From Phoronis australis (Eukaryota; Animalia; Phoronida), in NCBI GenBank assembly GCA_002633005.1, contig NMRA01000086.1:475559-539558 (forward strand): 64,000 bases of DNA, written 5' to 3'. A program made the translations under genes and the position numbers. Positions 12,753-24,718 of the stretch are shown here, in pieces. The notes beneath the pieces were generated by a model. It did not search any database and had not been told where the DNA came from. It saw nothing but the letters and a program-made list of their open reading frames with translations. The stretch's first letter is position 1. Every line of letters starts with the position of its first letter.

Positions 12753-13753
12753 AGTGTGTGACAAGCATTTTTGCCACTGGATTACGAAAAACGGATATGT
12801 ACGCGGAATCGGTGACGGTTCCTGCAAAGCAACCCCTGAAGAAGGGTGCCATACTGTTGCTGTTGATTCCCGGCAGTACCCCGTCGGCGCCATCCCCGAG
12901 AAGTGCATTTTGAAGCGAGTGGCCTCGCGAGCTGTGGCCTCTACGGATGCGCTTCATATACTGGCACCCGTGCCTCCGAACGTTTCCCAAAGCGTGCAGT
13001 GATTTGCCCTGTGCTGGTGTTGTCTCCAACCCAAAGCCTGTAAGCAGTTCTGCAGTGATGTTGAGTATTGGTAGTGAATACACGTCATTGTCGACACCCA
13101 GTGGGGAAGACAGTTCGTTGTCCAGTGGTCAGGCCGGTGAGCCAAACTTTGATAAGTTTATTGTGGACTTCACTACAGTATTGCAGCTATTAGAAGGTGC
13201 CAGGTGTGTGGCGAGGGAGTCACACGGTTGGATGTAAGCGGTTTGGGTGCTCAGTGGGAACAGCATATGTATTCCATTGACTAGGTCGGCATGACAGGGC
13301 ACACCTTGCATTTGCACCAAGACGTCCCACCATGTCTGTCCTCAGTCTCTCCCTCATCCCTCTCAACAGCTGTCTGTATTCTGCCTCACAATACTGGGGC
13401 TCAAACATATATATCCATCCACTGCTATTACAAACTAAGACTTCTAAATCCAACGTAACTGGGTTCTCTAACGACCAAGTTTGTCGTAAAATACTCGTCC
13501 ATGGGAAGTGGTGACGACAATTTTAGGAGACCAGCACAACATAACAGTAGAACAGATCCTCACTGTAGGCCTAACTCGAATGACTAGAAACGAAATGGCG
13601 GGAAATTCCTAACCCCCTAAACATCACTTTCGGTGTAGTGCACGATCAATTAATAAAATTACGGGGAGCCGTAGATAACTGAAGCACATGTCAGGGTTAA
13701 TCAGCGAATTGTATTTTTACTAAACATGACACGAAAAAAGGTTGCCTTCCCCT
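12753..13753. mobile_element. internally deleted Kolobok-type transposon: THAP/transposase remnant (+) facing a P2RX7/nanor-like Cys-rich ORF remnant (-)
   Basis: Plus strand: VCDKHF and frameshifted LKKGAI (THAP C-terminal half) and DKFIVDFTTVLQLL. Minus strand: IYMFEPQY and WCKCKVCPVMPT*SMEYICC. The right end ...GGTTGCCTTCCCCT is followed by TTAA (13754-13757). Confidence 0.65.
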
Positions 13754-13777
13754 TTAAAGGTAGTTCAGGGTCTTGGG

Positions 13778-13918
13778 CATGGGAGGCGCGGCACTGAAAA
13801 AAGAGGGGGCTATACCCTCCAGCCCCCCTGTGGTGCACCACCCATAGACCATGGGCGTCGGATCACTGGAAAAGGTGGGGGCTATAGCCCCCCAGCTCCT
13901 TATGGTGCGCCGCCCATG
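13778..13918. mobile_element. two tandem ~70-bp GC-rich mini-MITEs with CATGGGCG-type ends
   Basis: CATGGGCGTC...GCGCCGCCCATG (13850-13918) is preceded by a degenerate copy starting at 13778; both have a GGGGGCTATA-CCCC core. Confidence 0.4.
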
Positions 13919-14634
13919 TTGGGAAGAACGGACGGGATCTTGTTTCGATGTAAAATTCGATACGTTGTCTTGTCACAGCGCAGTCCCCATCTTTGTCTCG
14001 ATCACCAGTTACCCTTTTCCCCCCAACACCTTCCCTCATTCTCCACGTACAATTTAGCTGTGGAAAGTGGCCTAATTCCTGTACAAATTTTTAACAGTTT
14101 TGACCAGTTTACAGCCACCTGCGATGGTGTAACTAGAAAACTAAACTTAAATTTGTTGCAAAAATTTTATCCACTTAACAAAACAACCAAAAAGCATCAA
14201 GTTCTGCGTTTCTTTTCGAGCCACAAATGTCCCGCTATAATTAACGTACAGCTGTACAAGTTTTCGCAAAGATAACGACGTCAGTTGCCTTGAAACTATT
14301 CAAATGGCACGAACACCGTACTAACTACGACTATCCAGAAATCTACCAAATAAAGCCCTGAACTACAGCATGTGGATACTTACACACATCTCGTCTACAA
14401 ACCCGACCGTCAGCTAAACTAAGTCGAAAGTAACTTTTTCAATTCAAAGAAAAGACAAAAATGAAGGGCCTAAGTCAGTTGTCAATGTTACGAACACACT
14501 AACTCTTAATTTTAGAAAATTTTCTAATAAATAATTGTACAAAATTTAGTGTAGATTGCTCGTTCCTTTTACTGCATATTGGACTTATTGCTAACCTCTT
14601 CACTTTCTGGTTTCAAATCAACATTTACACTATG

Positions 14635-15963
14635 TTAGTCACGACGTACACCATTGAACAGCATGGCTCTTGGCTTGAAAATGTTCATCAAATCTCGTCG
14701 TAAAGTTTTGTTCATAACGACGAAAATGGTGAAATTCACAGAAGGACACGACATGCGAAGTAAATGATTCAGGACATTTAAGTCGGTAATATTCGCCACC
14801 ACAGTTCTGAACATAACTGGTAAAAAGCTGGGAACGATGTAGTACAATAAATAGCCACAAAACAAAATTGCTACCATTTTCGTCACACGCCAGTCTTTTC
14901 TTGAAACAAATAGTCTTGCAGGTCGAACAAACACCTTTTGAGGTTTACCAATTTTGACAGATCTAAAGTCTTTCTCAGCCAGTTGTACGCTGTTACTAGC
15001 GGTGGATGCGGACTTTCTCGTATGACCGATAGGCTCGCTTGAGGACGGCGCCATCTCACTGGAAGTCGTTGGCAATGACTCATCTTTCATGGCATGTTGT
15101 ACTAAGCGTTCTTCCCTTTGAGACGAATTCTCATTCATTTCATATGACTCAAAACAGTAGCGATTTACCCCCGTTTCGCCGAGTGGAACGTTTCCAAGCT
15201 GTTCGTGTGTGGTTTTGGTGGTTTTCGCGGAAGTAGTAGTAGCAAATAGTTTAGTAAGTAATGGCGCTTTGGTCGTTCTGCACGTCTGATCTTGAAGCTT
15301 ATAAGTTGAAACCGGAAGCGTCGTGTTGATACGATTTCGGCTCTTCCTCACAACCCAGCAAATTCTCAGGTAGCAAATGGGAATAATGAAAGTAACAGGT
15401 ATTCCTATTCCAACCGCAATAGTGTAATAAAAAGGTTTGCTTTTCGCGACGCACCTTAGTCTGTTCACATTGTACGTCATTCCGTCCAGAACAGCTAATA
15501 TAATCGAACAAACAGGAATAACAAATACTGCTGCAAGGGAAATAATTAAAGTAACTTTTGGGTTGATTTTCACGTTGCGATGTGCAATATGTATACACCT
15601 CGTTATTGCTATGATAACCAAAAGTAAAGCTGTCCAAAAATTACGTAATATAAGGGCATAGCCTTCGTAGATACACGCGGATGAGTGTTTGAACCATTCT
15701 TCGTCAAGCAACGAAACGATGCGAAACGGTGTGACAGCAATCGAATCCACTACATGAACCATGACCAGAACAAACACCAAGCATTCGGAAATAAATTTAG
15801 CTGTCCTCTTGCGTAGAAACACGATAACAATGCCTAAATTTCCGACGAATCCAACTGCGACTAGAATGCATAAAACAACAACTGAAAAATACCTCGCAAA
15901 AGGTGAAAGGTGTGAAGATTTATCAAGAGTTGAGTTTTGTGAAATGTTGTCGCTGTCTTCCAT
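14635..15963 (-). CDS. intronless rhodopsin-like (class A) GPCR, 442 aa, long ICL3
   Basis: Seven hydrophobic segments; N-glycosylation sequons NIS and NST at the N-terminus; TM1 GN (GFVGNL); ECL1/TM3 W....AC; TM3 IAITRC in place of DRY; ECL2 Cys; TM5 P......CY..I; ~140-aa ICL3; RVTKM at the start of TM6; TM7 NFTIF followed by helix 8 MNKTLR. Confidence 0.9.
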   Translation of the reverse strand: MEDSDNISQNSTLDKSSHLSPFARYFSVVVLCILVAVGFVGNLGIVIVFLRKRTAKFISECLVFVLVMVHVVDSIAVTPFRIVSLLDEEWFKHSSACIYEGYALILRNFWTALLLVIIAITRCIHIAHRNVKINPKVTLIISLAAVFVIPVCSIILAVLDGMTYNVNRLRCVAKSKPFYYTIAVGIGIPVTFIIPICYLRICWVVRKSRNRINTTLPVSTYKLQDQTCRTTKAPLLTKLFATTTSAKTTKTTHEQLGNVPLGETGVNRYCFESYEMNENSSQREERLVQHAMKDESLPTTSSEMAPSSSEPIGHTRKSASTASNSVQLAEKDFRSVKIGKPQKVFVRPARLFVSRKDWRVTKMVAILFCGYLLYYIVPSFLPVMFRTVVANITDLNVLNHLLRMSCPSVNFTIFVVMNKTLRRDLMNIFKPRAMLFNGVRRD

Positions 15964-18383
15964 CGCTCAACAAGTGCAAGTTGTAACTTGTGAGAAAATC
16001 GTTTTTATACTACTCTTCTGCGGATCGATTTGTAGGAAGGAACACTACAGGGTCGTCTAAAATGTCTAAACTCTAGTCGCAAATAGCGATTAGAATGCAC
16101 TTAACGAGTTTTCCATGAAAAAAATCAAGTACCGTAGTAATTTGCCTTTGAAGGTAAATCAGATTTTCAGGGTGTAACTAATATGAACGCAGAAGATATT
16201 GTGCAAGTAATGCTTGAACAAAGTGGTCATTATCGGCAGATTGACGGTCACCATCGATATACTGGTGACATTTTGCTGTACAGGTTCAGCCGGACGTTTG
16301 ATCTTATCTCGCATGACCATCGGAGGGTATATGTTTTTATTTGTTTTGGTTAGTGCGCCACAGTCTCATCGGGCCTACCAAACCACCGCCATTGTCAACT
16401 TTTTGCAGACGTGGCTCCTGCACATGAGCAACCCGTCGTCATCAAGTCCTACAGCCATTAATAGGGTCGACTCGTGGTTGGGTGTGGACGGACGATCGGA
16501 ATGGATCCAGTTATAAATTAGCAGCATCCCGGATCACGCGATTCAATGGGTCGGCCGTATACTTTTGGTCGCAGATTGGATCCGGATAGGCCAAAGCCAA
16601 GTAGGGTCCAACACGATTTTCGATCACTGAGATAGGTGAAACCTCCGATCCGGTTCTCGACGTCCGGGGACTGCTACCGTGGTTGATAATCAGTGCGCGT
16701 AGCTGTTTGAATGGAATTACTTACAGTTCAGGTTGACGTTAATGAGTTAGGAATCATGTATGAATTATTTCATAGCTATACCGATGTGTGTAGCACGTTA
16801 ATGAGCTCGGGAGCATATCCGGGAAACACTCTCAGTTCTCTTGTCATCTCTTGTGTAATCTTAATTTTTTCTCGACATTCTCTCATCTAACGATAGCCTA
16901 AGGAACCCGTTTTATCAAAGGCTGTAAGTCCTGGCGTCGTTGGCGCGATATTGCGAACGCAGCTCGGCATTGCGAAAAAAAATGTTGCAATTTTATTAGT
17001 ATTCAAATTCAACTTCCGCTCTCTCGAGCCACGTCGATGCGTGCATCAAAATCAAAGTTAACTTACTACCGTCTTCGCCAAGTCGATTGGATTTAGACCT
17101 TTTTATAAAATGGCTTCATAAGAAGTAAAAGTTTATCGGCATTCGTTTCTGGTGTTATTTTATTGGTATACTACCAGAAACTAAAAAATATAAGATTCTT
17201 CATTTTGCTCGTGATGAAAAACTAACTTGTTTCGAAAGAGAGCTTTCGTTACATTGATTTGCGTTGAGATTCGTTTTACGATTTTTGGGCTAAAATATAG
17301 CGGTAAAAGATTCTTTAAATTTTGTTCAATTTGTACTGATTCTAGCAGATCCGCTGATTCGATCAGAAACATTTAATTCTCTTGATAAATTAACAACTTA
17401 GCGTATGGTACTTTTAATATCAATCATAAATCAATCAAGACAAAATTAAATAGTAGAATTCCCATGCGTATATGTTATATGTGTCTATGGTGAGTGAAAA
17501 TTAACGACTTAGTGAGTGACGTATGCGTTGTGTAAAGACTGCTTTTATGTCGCGATAAAGGAAATGATTCGATATAAAAACCATATAAAAATGAAAAATC
17601 ATTACATACTCAAAAACTCATACAGGGCTAATATTTTGTGCATGTGTTGGGATGCTGGCCCAAAGTACACTGTTGCAATATTTGCACTCAATGACTTTTG
17701 GTCACCGAATTATGACCTATTTAGCTTTAATGCCATATTTTGCATTCTTTCATGTCAGTAAATTTGCATTCTTGAACGGTAAGAAATCAGATTTAAAAAC
17801 CTGGTGACAAAGTTTGGCATTGGTGGTCATGAAGACTCGTATAAGGTTAGTGAGAACATAATTTTTGCAACTCACAGATACAATAATTAAATTTCCAGCT
17901 GGGGAGAAAACACCGAGACCACTTTTCCTCGCTGGTCCCCTACGTGCCTAGCCAGCACGCAGGTATCACGCAGTGTCACGCGCTTTACAATTGATTGGTG
18001 TAACCTCAGCAGTCATCATTGATTAACTTTACAACACCGTGAAAAAATGGCGGACTGTGAACGATTTTTTGCTTTGTCATGCAAGTGGCGTCGCAGCAAC
18101 TATTTCGTTTCTGCAGTGATGTTTAATAGCCGCTTGCTTGAATCACATACATGTACAATAAGCACATAACTGGCCGATTTAACCGGTGTACTGTTATTCA
18201 CACTGTATGAATACACTTTTCCTGAACATGAATTTTAAGCACCGATTTGTCTGTACCGGCAAATGACCACATTTACCGACTTCAGTCCATCACTCATGCC
18301 AGTTTGCGTAAAGCGCTGCCTGTTGAGAATTCGACCAGTCAATCAGAAACGCCGGTGTACAAAAATTTCCCAAGGAAAATTAA

Positions 18384-20232
18384 AGGAGCATGCCACCCAA
18401 AAAACAACCTAATTTGTATCAATTTAGATCGAGTAGTTCTACTCCATAACGACACGTACGGTTGCGTTACCTGTGGCGGCAGACGGAGGTGTTGAAATTA
18501 TCCAATGACGTCATCGGTTTCACACGCAGTCTGTTCAGCAGTTCACAACACGGGTTACTGTAGGCAATTACCATCGCCTCTGTTGGCCCGAACCAGAGGC
18601 GATGTAGAGGCTATAGGCGCTCTGTACGCCGGAAGCTTTTCGGCGAATTATGCCTCGCACCGACTAAACCATCAAAGTCNCATCGGTTTCACACGCAGTC
18701 TGTTCAGCAGTTCACAACACGGGTTACTGGTGTCAGCTTATCGCTTGAAGTCATCGTTTAACACCAATAAATCATAAAAATTCGATGTAAAACCCTTAAA
18801 AATACACCGAGTTCTTATAAAAACGTGTTGTTTTATTTCGCTCATACGGATTTATTGGTATTTGGACACCCCGTAGCCTACAAAGTTCGGCAGGCCAATA
18901 AGGTCCGTAGCAGGAGTTTGGGTCTGTTCGGAGATAAATTCGAAGAATTCTTCTGTGAATTACAGACAGGAGAACCTAGAACTGTGTTGTTTAGTCTTAT
19001 GATTTTTGAGTTCTAAACACACAGAACGCTTGTTGTCGGCCAACCAGGGCTCGGAATCCGATCAGGCCCGTCGCGGCCGGACTGACTCGTTATCCCGGCC
19101 AGTGGCTCGGAACCCCGGCCATCAGGCCCGTCGCGGCCGCCGGGACTGGCACGAACATAAACCAGCTTGAGTTGGAAACTAAACCTCCAGTCAGGAAAAG
19201 ACTATTATAGTGAGCCAAAGAAATAATGGGAATTAGCCACGAAACTGAAAATCTACTTACTTGTCGGGGGCCGCGAAGTCGGGTTCCCCTTCCAAAGACC
19301 GCCAGGGCAAGGGTAACAATGATTAGAATAATGTATTTGTATTTCTGAATAAAGATTCCCCTAATATGTGACCATAGATATAAAATCGAGTTATTGTTTC
19401 ACAACAGCATTCTGTTAGCAAACACTGAATTAGCATGCGCTCACACGGCCTCAGTCGGTGCCCGGTCAATTACCTTTATTGCCGGCACCAAAAGCCGGTA
19501 ACACAGTGGTTTATTCATTACTGGCTTCTCAACATTTGCACTCACAAATACTGCAAAGGCATTACAAATTGTATCTAATGAGACAGAATTTGTTTCAGTT
19601 TTATATAAGCATTGTTTAGGATAAGAATAATTCATTTTGAAACGGAACGCAGAATAATAAACGTCTACATGGCAACTCGCCCGGCGCCATCCCGACTTAG
19701 TCAAGAGCTCATCCGACGAAGACTTCACGGATCGGTTCGGTAGGTTTCACAGGCTATCAATTCGAACCGGATTTTACATTGATCAAGAAATACTAGAGAG
19801 GCGCCGTGAACCATATGCACAGGCAACGGAACGTATGGATACTTTTTTGGTAAGCCGGAATTCGTCAAAGAAATCGCAATCCACGAAATGCCGGCCACAG
19901 ACACGGAGATGTTTCACGGCATCATACTTACTATTAACAGCGTACCTTTCATTCTTCACTACCACGATCCACTTCCTAAGCATTTCGGTCTCTCGAGGAA
20001 GTCGAAAAAACGATATACCCGCTTTCTTCGCAGCTTCATAGTTCGGACAAGCGGGAAGATGCACCGCGATATAGCGGCATTCACTCTGCAGACGAACCAC
20101 TGACGTCGCTGCGTCGTTTCTCACCTTCCTCACGGGTTAACGCGACACCTCTCGGCAAGGTGAGATTGACCGTATAAGAGGCGATGTGGATATAGACCGA
20201 TTAAGACTAATAAAATCGGGTGGCATTCTCCT
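18384..20232 (-). mobile_element. Kolobok-type DNA transposon with THAP remnant
   Basis: TIRs AGGAGCATGCCACCC (18384) and GGGTGGCATTCTCCT (ending 20232), each flanked by TTAA (18380-18383, 20233-20236). Contains an N gap at 18680. Confidence 0.8.
19783..20080 (-). pseudogene. THAP zinc-finger remnant of transposase, frameshifted near the start
   Basis: PACPN...GISFFRLPRETEMLRKWIVVVK...HLRVCGRHFVDCDF fits the THAP C2CH pattern. The ATG at 20080 is out of frame and no DDE domain follows. Confidence 0.8.
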
Positions 20233-20955
20233 TTAACACCACTAAATATGCTTTAATCGTTTGAGAAAAAGTAAAATGCACTCATTTCAAGGTTTCTCTT
20301 ATTTAACTACACAAAAAGTTCAAAGATATTGTAAGCACAACACAAAATTGCAATAGCTGATCCTAAAGAGCACTAATCACTTCGTAGTCTCGTATTGTCT
20401 TTCTAAAGCTCGCTACCTTTAAATACCTGATTTCTTGCAGACGTCTTGTTTTTAACCTATTCTTGTAGTTAGATAATTTATGGATTAGATTACATTCTAC
20501 GGTACTCTGTTCTCAGTATTATTTAACTATTTGATTTTCCTGTTCATTTTTGCTTCGTTTCTATAGTTTTATTAGCATTGTTTTATGTAACTTGTCTCAA
20601 AGATGGTTTTCATAAAAGCAATAAGGCTTTACAATGCATTTTTGCAGTATTTGATTGTCCGTTTTATTCTCCGTTTCTTTCTTTTTTTGTTTTAGAATTA
20701 TTGTTCTCGTGTAACCTGTCTCAAAGGTGGATTTCATACAACAACCTCCCTAAAGGCCCTTTCATTCGGCAGTTTTAATTGTAAAATTTCTCTACTTTTG
20801 AACCCTCGATGTCAACAGCGGTTACTGTTCTCACAAGCTTCGGAGTTATCGCAAGGTGGCTGAGTATTTGCTGATCTGACCAAAGGCAGTATGTCGAGAA
20901 CTCGTTCGGTGTTTTTTGGTGGTGTAAAAAATCAAGCAAACACAAGAGTAAATTA

Positions 20956-21584
20956 AAACAGAATGTTATGCCAAAATTATACATATTGGAACGAAATATC
21001 AACAAGTGTTAAGCAGACACCGTCCGCTGTTGGCAAACGCAGTGATACCTGCCGATAACTTCGGTGGCAACGAAGTTACGTATTCCCTGTCTAGCAAGGC
21101 GTCGGCGCTTCACTGTTAAATCAATGTCTTTAGTCCAACTTATGCTGTTATTTTGATGCAGTGTGCTTTTGAAGCGAGAGAACGGGTATCACCCATGTAC
21201 TAAAGAGTTGGTATATTGTGTGTAGATGACTATGTTTTGTTGCAGCGGACACATTGTTCACTTGGTTGNTAAAACAGAATGTTATGCCAAAATTATACAT
21301 ATTGGAACGAAATATCAACAAGTTTTAAGCAGACACCGTCCGCTGTTGGCAAACGCAGTGATCCCTGCCGATAACTTCGGTGGCAACGAAGTTACGTATT
21401 CCCTGTCTAGCAAGGCGTCGGCGCTTCACTGTTAAATCAATGTCTTTAGTCCAACTTATACTGTTATTTTGATGCAGTGTGCTTTTGAAGCGAGAGAACG
21501 GGTACCACCCATGTACTAAAGAGTTGGTATATTGTGTGTAGATGACTATGTTTTGTTGCAGCGGACACATTGTTCACTTGGTTG
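20956..21584 (+). repeat. ~314-bp direct duplication across an N gap (probable assembly overlap)
   Basis: 20956-21268 is repeated at 21271-21583 with only a few substitutions; the junction is the N at 21269. Confidence 0.85.
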
Positions 21585-22494
21585 ACTATTGAATAAGATG
21601 GTCCCAGATAAACACGTTTCAATATTTATGTAGGATTGTCTGCAAGAAGTGATAGTGCAATTTTGACAGAATTACAACTTTTGAGGACGAGTTCAATAAA
21701 TCTCGTCATGGAGGTCTATGCTGACAATTTTTGTTATGGATATAATTGTGAAAATGCTATAATTGTATTTACTTGCTCAACTTGGTTGATGATTGTCCTC
21801 GTATGCCATGATTCCGTCACGGCCGAAGAGTTTTCATAATGTATTGATATTTTTCAATGACATTTTGACGAACTGGATAACGTTCACGTACAAAATGAAA
21901 AAGGCAAATTCTATTTGATTTCAGGATATCCGAGTAATTTACTGAAAAAAAAATCATTGAAACAAGGCAACCACGCTGCTGGGTAAGACCAAAGTAGACC
22001 AGCAATTTCCATCGACTGAACGTTTTTCCTTGGGCCGCGCTCTTTAGACCAAATAATGTTAGCTTGTACTTGTGATGAAATTTTTCTTTAGTACTTTACT
22101 AGCAATTGAGAAAATTGAGTTGTTTTTTTTTTGTTACACTGTGCAGCCAACGGGGCCGGGGCCAGACGTTAAAAGGTGCGGGAAAAGGGAATGTGTGTCC
22201 GTGAAGTAAGAGTAAGAAAATCGTGCGTGAGAGAGGAATTTTATGCACGGGCAGATTCGAGCCGTGCGGGGGCTGGAAAGGCTTGGAACCATAAAAATAC
22301 TTCTGCCCGGAGTGCACAAACCCGGTATAAATAAACACGGGCTATTTGACACTCCCTGCCAGAAGAGAGCGCTTCTCCCGGGCCTCTCCTTTCCTACTTC
22401 GCAGCGCCCTCAAATGGTGAACAATGACATTATGTTCCATAATAGTCCGCAAGCGCTGGAGTGCCAGTGAGTGCCAAAGTTGGCAAGTCTCAAG

Positions 22495-22799
22495 ATGACA
22501 TTTGCGAAACTGAGAGCAAAACTTTCGCACTTACTCTTTTCGAAAAGAGTGCTCTGTTTCGAAGGCATAGTGCAAGGTGTTTGGATGCAAGGTTTCCTGG
22601 TTGCTAGTCGAGAAACTCATTCGGGTCTGGAAGGTGAAGCTTTGAGGAAACTGATAGGACGTCCGCGTGTTCTTGACTGCCAGCGTCGCCATTTTTCTCT
22701 TGACGTGATCGGGACCTCGGGCATAGGTGCCGAAGACAACACGTGCATTAAAACCCACGTAAAATTCCAGTACCTGGTAGAAGGTGATAGACGTTTTGG
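22495..22799 (+). CDS. MRM3: MRM3/RNMTL1 exon 1 (mitochondrial presequence-like N-terminus)
   Basis: ATG 22495 gives MTFAKLRAKLSHLLFSKR (basic, no acidic residues). The exon ends FQYLVEGDRRFG, matching the MRM3 GDRR motif, with a phase-2 GTAACT donor at 22800. The later Met at ~22585 is a possible alternative start. Confidence 0.75.
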
Positions 22800-22889
22800 G
22801 TAACTTGAATGGAGTTAATTCCCTTAATATTTGCTTATGAGTAATTCGAGAGTGCGCGCACCCAACCGAGAAGGCACTAGTCGGATGTA

Positions 22890-23555
22890 ATGGACCCTAA
22901 CTTATTCCAAATAAATCCACTAAATGTAGGTCTAAATGAATGATTTTGGTATCGTTGCATTCCTAAGACATCTGGCTATCCGTACAAATTCTTTTCACGA
23001 CCCTCAATTATTCTAGTCTATAACTACGCCATTCCGAACTTGGTCCACTTTAGCCACGCGCATCGTGAAATCGGCAGCCATTTCAGGGAACCTACTATAT
23101 CTAGCGCCATCTATCGGCGATTTGCTACAACACAAGCTGTTCCTTTTTCATCAGTCAACATGGACGAGATAACATGACGATGACAGATACGATCGTGAGA
23201 GAGACGACGAAGGTGATGACGAGGGCAGACGTACGATGATTACTAATAACGATGGCGTTAATAATTGACGAAATCGACCAATGACGTTGACTGATGAAAA
23301 AGGAACAGCGCGTGTTGTAGCAAATCGCCTATAGATGGTGTTAGATATAGTAAGTTCCCTGAAATAGCTGCGGATTTCACGATGCGCGTGGCTAAAGTGG
23401 ACCGAGTTCGAAATAGCGCAGTTATAGACTAGAGTAATTGAGGGTCGTGAAAAGCATTTGTACGGATAGCCAGATGTCTGAGGAATGCAAGGATACCAAA
23501 ATCATTCATTTAGACCTATATTTAGTGGATTTATTTGGAATAAGTTAGGGTCCCT
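22890..23555. mobile_element. fold-back MITE with ~270-bp inverted arms (PIF/Harbinger-like) in MRM3 intron 1
   Basis: Arm 22890-~23160 is the reverse complement of arm ~23287-23555 (GGACCCTAACTTATTCC...GGAATAAGTTAGGGTCC), over 90% identical by eye, around a ~125-bp GAC/GAT-rich spacer. Confidence 0.9.
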
Positions 23556-24516
23556 GGAATAAAGAGGGGGGGCTCGAATTTTTCGTACGCGGACCTTTTA
23601 CTGAAAGAAATCAACGAGGGCAATAAAAGACAGGGACTCTAAGTTCAGGCTCACGAACTGTGCATCCACGTCGACTTCCTGCGGATTTTGTAGACTTTAT
23701 TGTTTCGTTCACTCAGGCTTTTTGTTTCACTGAGGCGGACTCTTGCCCTATTCGCCAAATTGGGGGGGGGGCTCATTTGAACCCCCCTAGATGCACCCAT
23801 TCAGTTGACAGCAAACCACCATGTCTCTCAATTTGCTTCTCCCAACCAGTAGGATGTACTAGTGCCCTGTAATACGGTGATGACAATTATATTGCCATCT
23901 ATTGACCATGTCCATACTACTGCATACCCTTGGTATTGTACTGATGAAGAGGGACACGTCAAAGACCTCTATAAGCCAGAAGCTTTTTTTCATATGGTAG
24001 CTCACCCTGGCTAAATCATCAAAGTTGTGTTGAGCATGTTTTGTGCACTCTGCTTGAACACCTCTGGTGGCTGTATAAAAAAACTTAGGCAACCGTGATT
24101 TCTTTCTGACCAGTTCCTTTACTGATAAAATCATCTTTGCTGCTCAGCTGTCATTGTGTTCATGGGTAGCGATTCTGGTGGTCAAGTATACATTTGACAA
24201 GGTCACTAGTTGGTTGACACTTGGCTGCACTCTTTTAGTGAAATGGAGAGTTCTTGGTATGTGCCTTTGAGTCACAATGTTAGCTGCAAAAGCAGGTCTG
24301 CTCAACAAGGCTATAATGTGAAGTTGGTCTATGAACTGCACTAACAGTAGCTTAAGCTAATAACCATAAATCATTTCTCTGTTCAAACAGATTGAGCTGA
24401 GCCGTTTGATATATTTATAATTGAGCGAGCCATTTGATATATTTATAATTGCTTGGGAAGGTGATAATTGGTACCAATCACCACTCAGATTTCAGAAGAC
24501 ACTCATGGTCTCTCCA

Positions 24517-24718
24517 TGTCTGATGGTCAAAAACACCATTGCCAGACGTGCAGTGATGCTTGGCATATTGTATCATTTCAATGTCTGATGGTCAAAAACA
24601 CCATTGCCAGACGTGCAGTGATGCTTGGCATATTGCATCATTTCAGGCGGATTCTAAAACACCATTGCCAGACGTGCAGTGATGCTTGGCATATTGCATC
24701 ATTTCAGGCGGATTCTAA
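24517..24718 (+). repeat. three ~61-66-bp tandem units overlapping the MRM3 exon 2 acceptor
   Basis: AAAACACCATTGCCAGACGTGCAGTGATGCTTGGCATATTG(C/T)ATCATTTCA occurs three times; two copies end in TTTCAG|GCGGATTCTA. Confidence 0.9.

Noticed and set aside
20956-21584. Biological tandem duplication or LTR pair
   Set aside because: The copies meet exactly at an N, typical of unmerged contig overlap. The same applies to the ~50-bp repeat around the N at 18680.
22141-22420. Telomerase RNA, RNase P/MRP or tRNA gene
   Set aside because: I found no telomeric template, no P4 consensus and no convincing A/B boxes or cloverleaf.
22531-22758. GLOD4 as head-to-head partner of MRM3, as in human
   Set aside because: No frame gives the GLOD4 N-terminal RALHFVFK-like motif.
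23859-24341. Nested antisense gene in MRM3 intron 1
   Set aside because: Splice-like sites exist, but every frame between them contains stops and no motif is recognisable.
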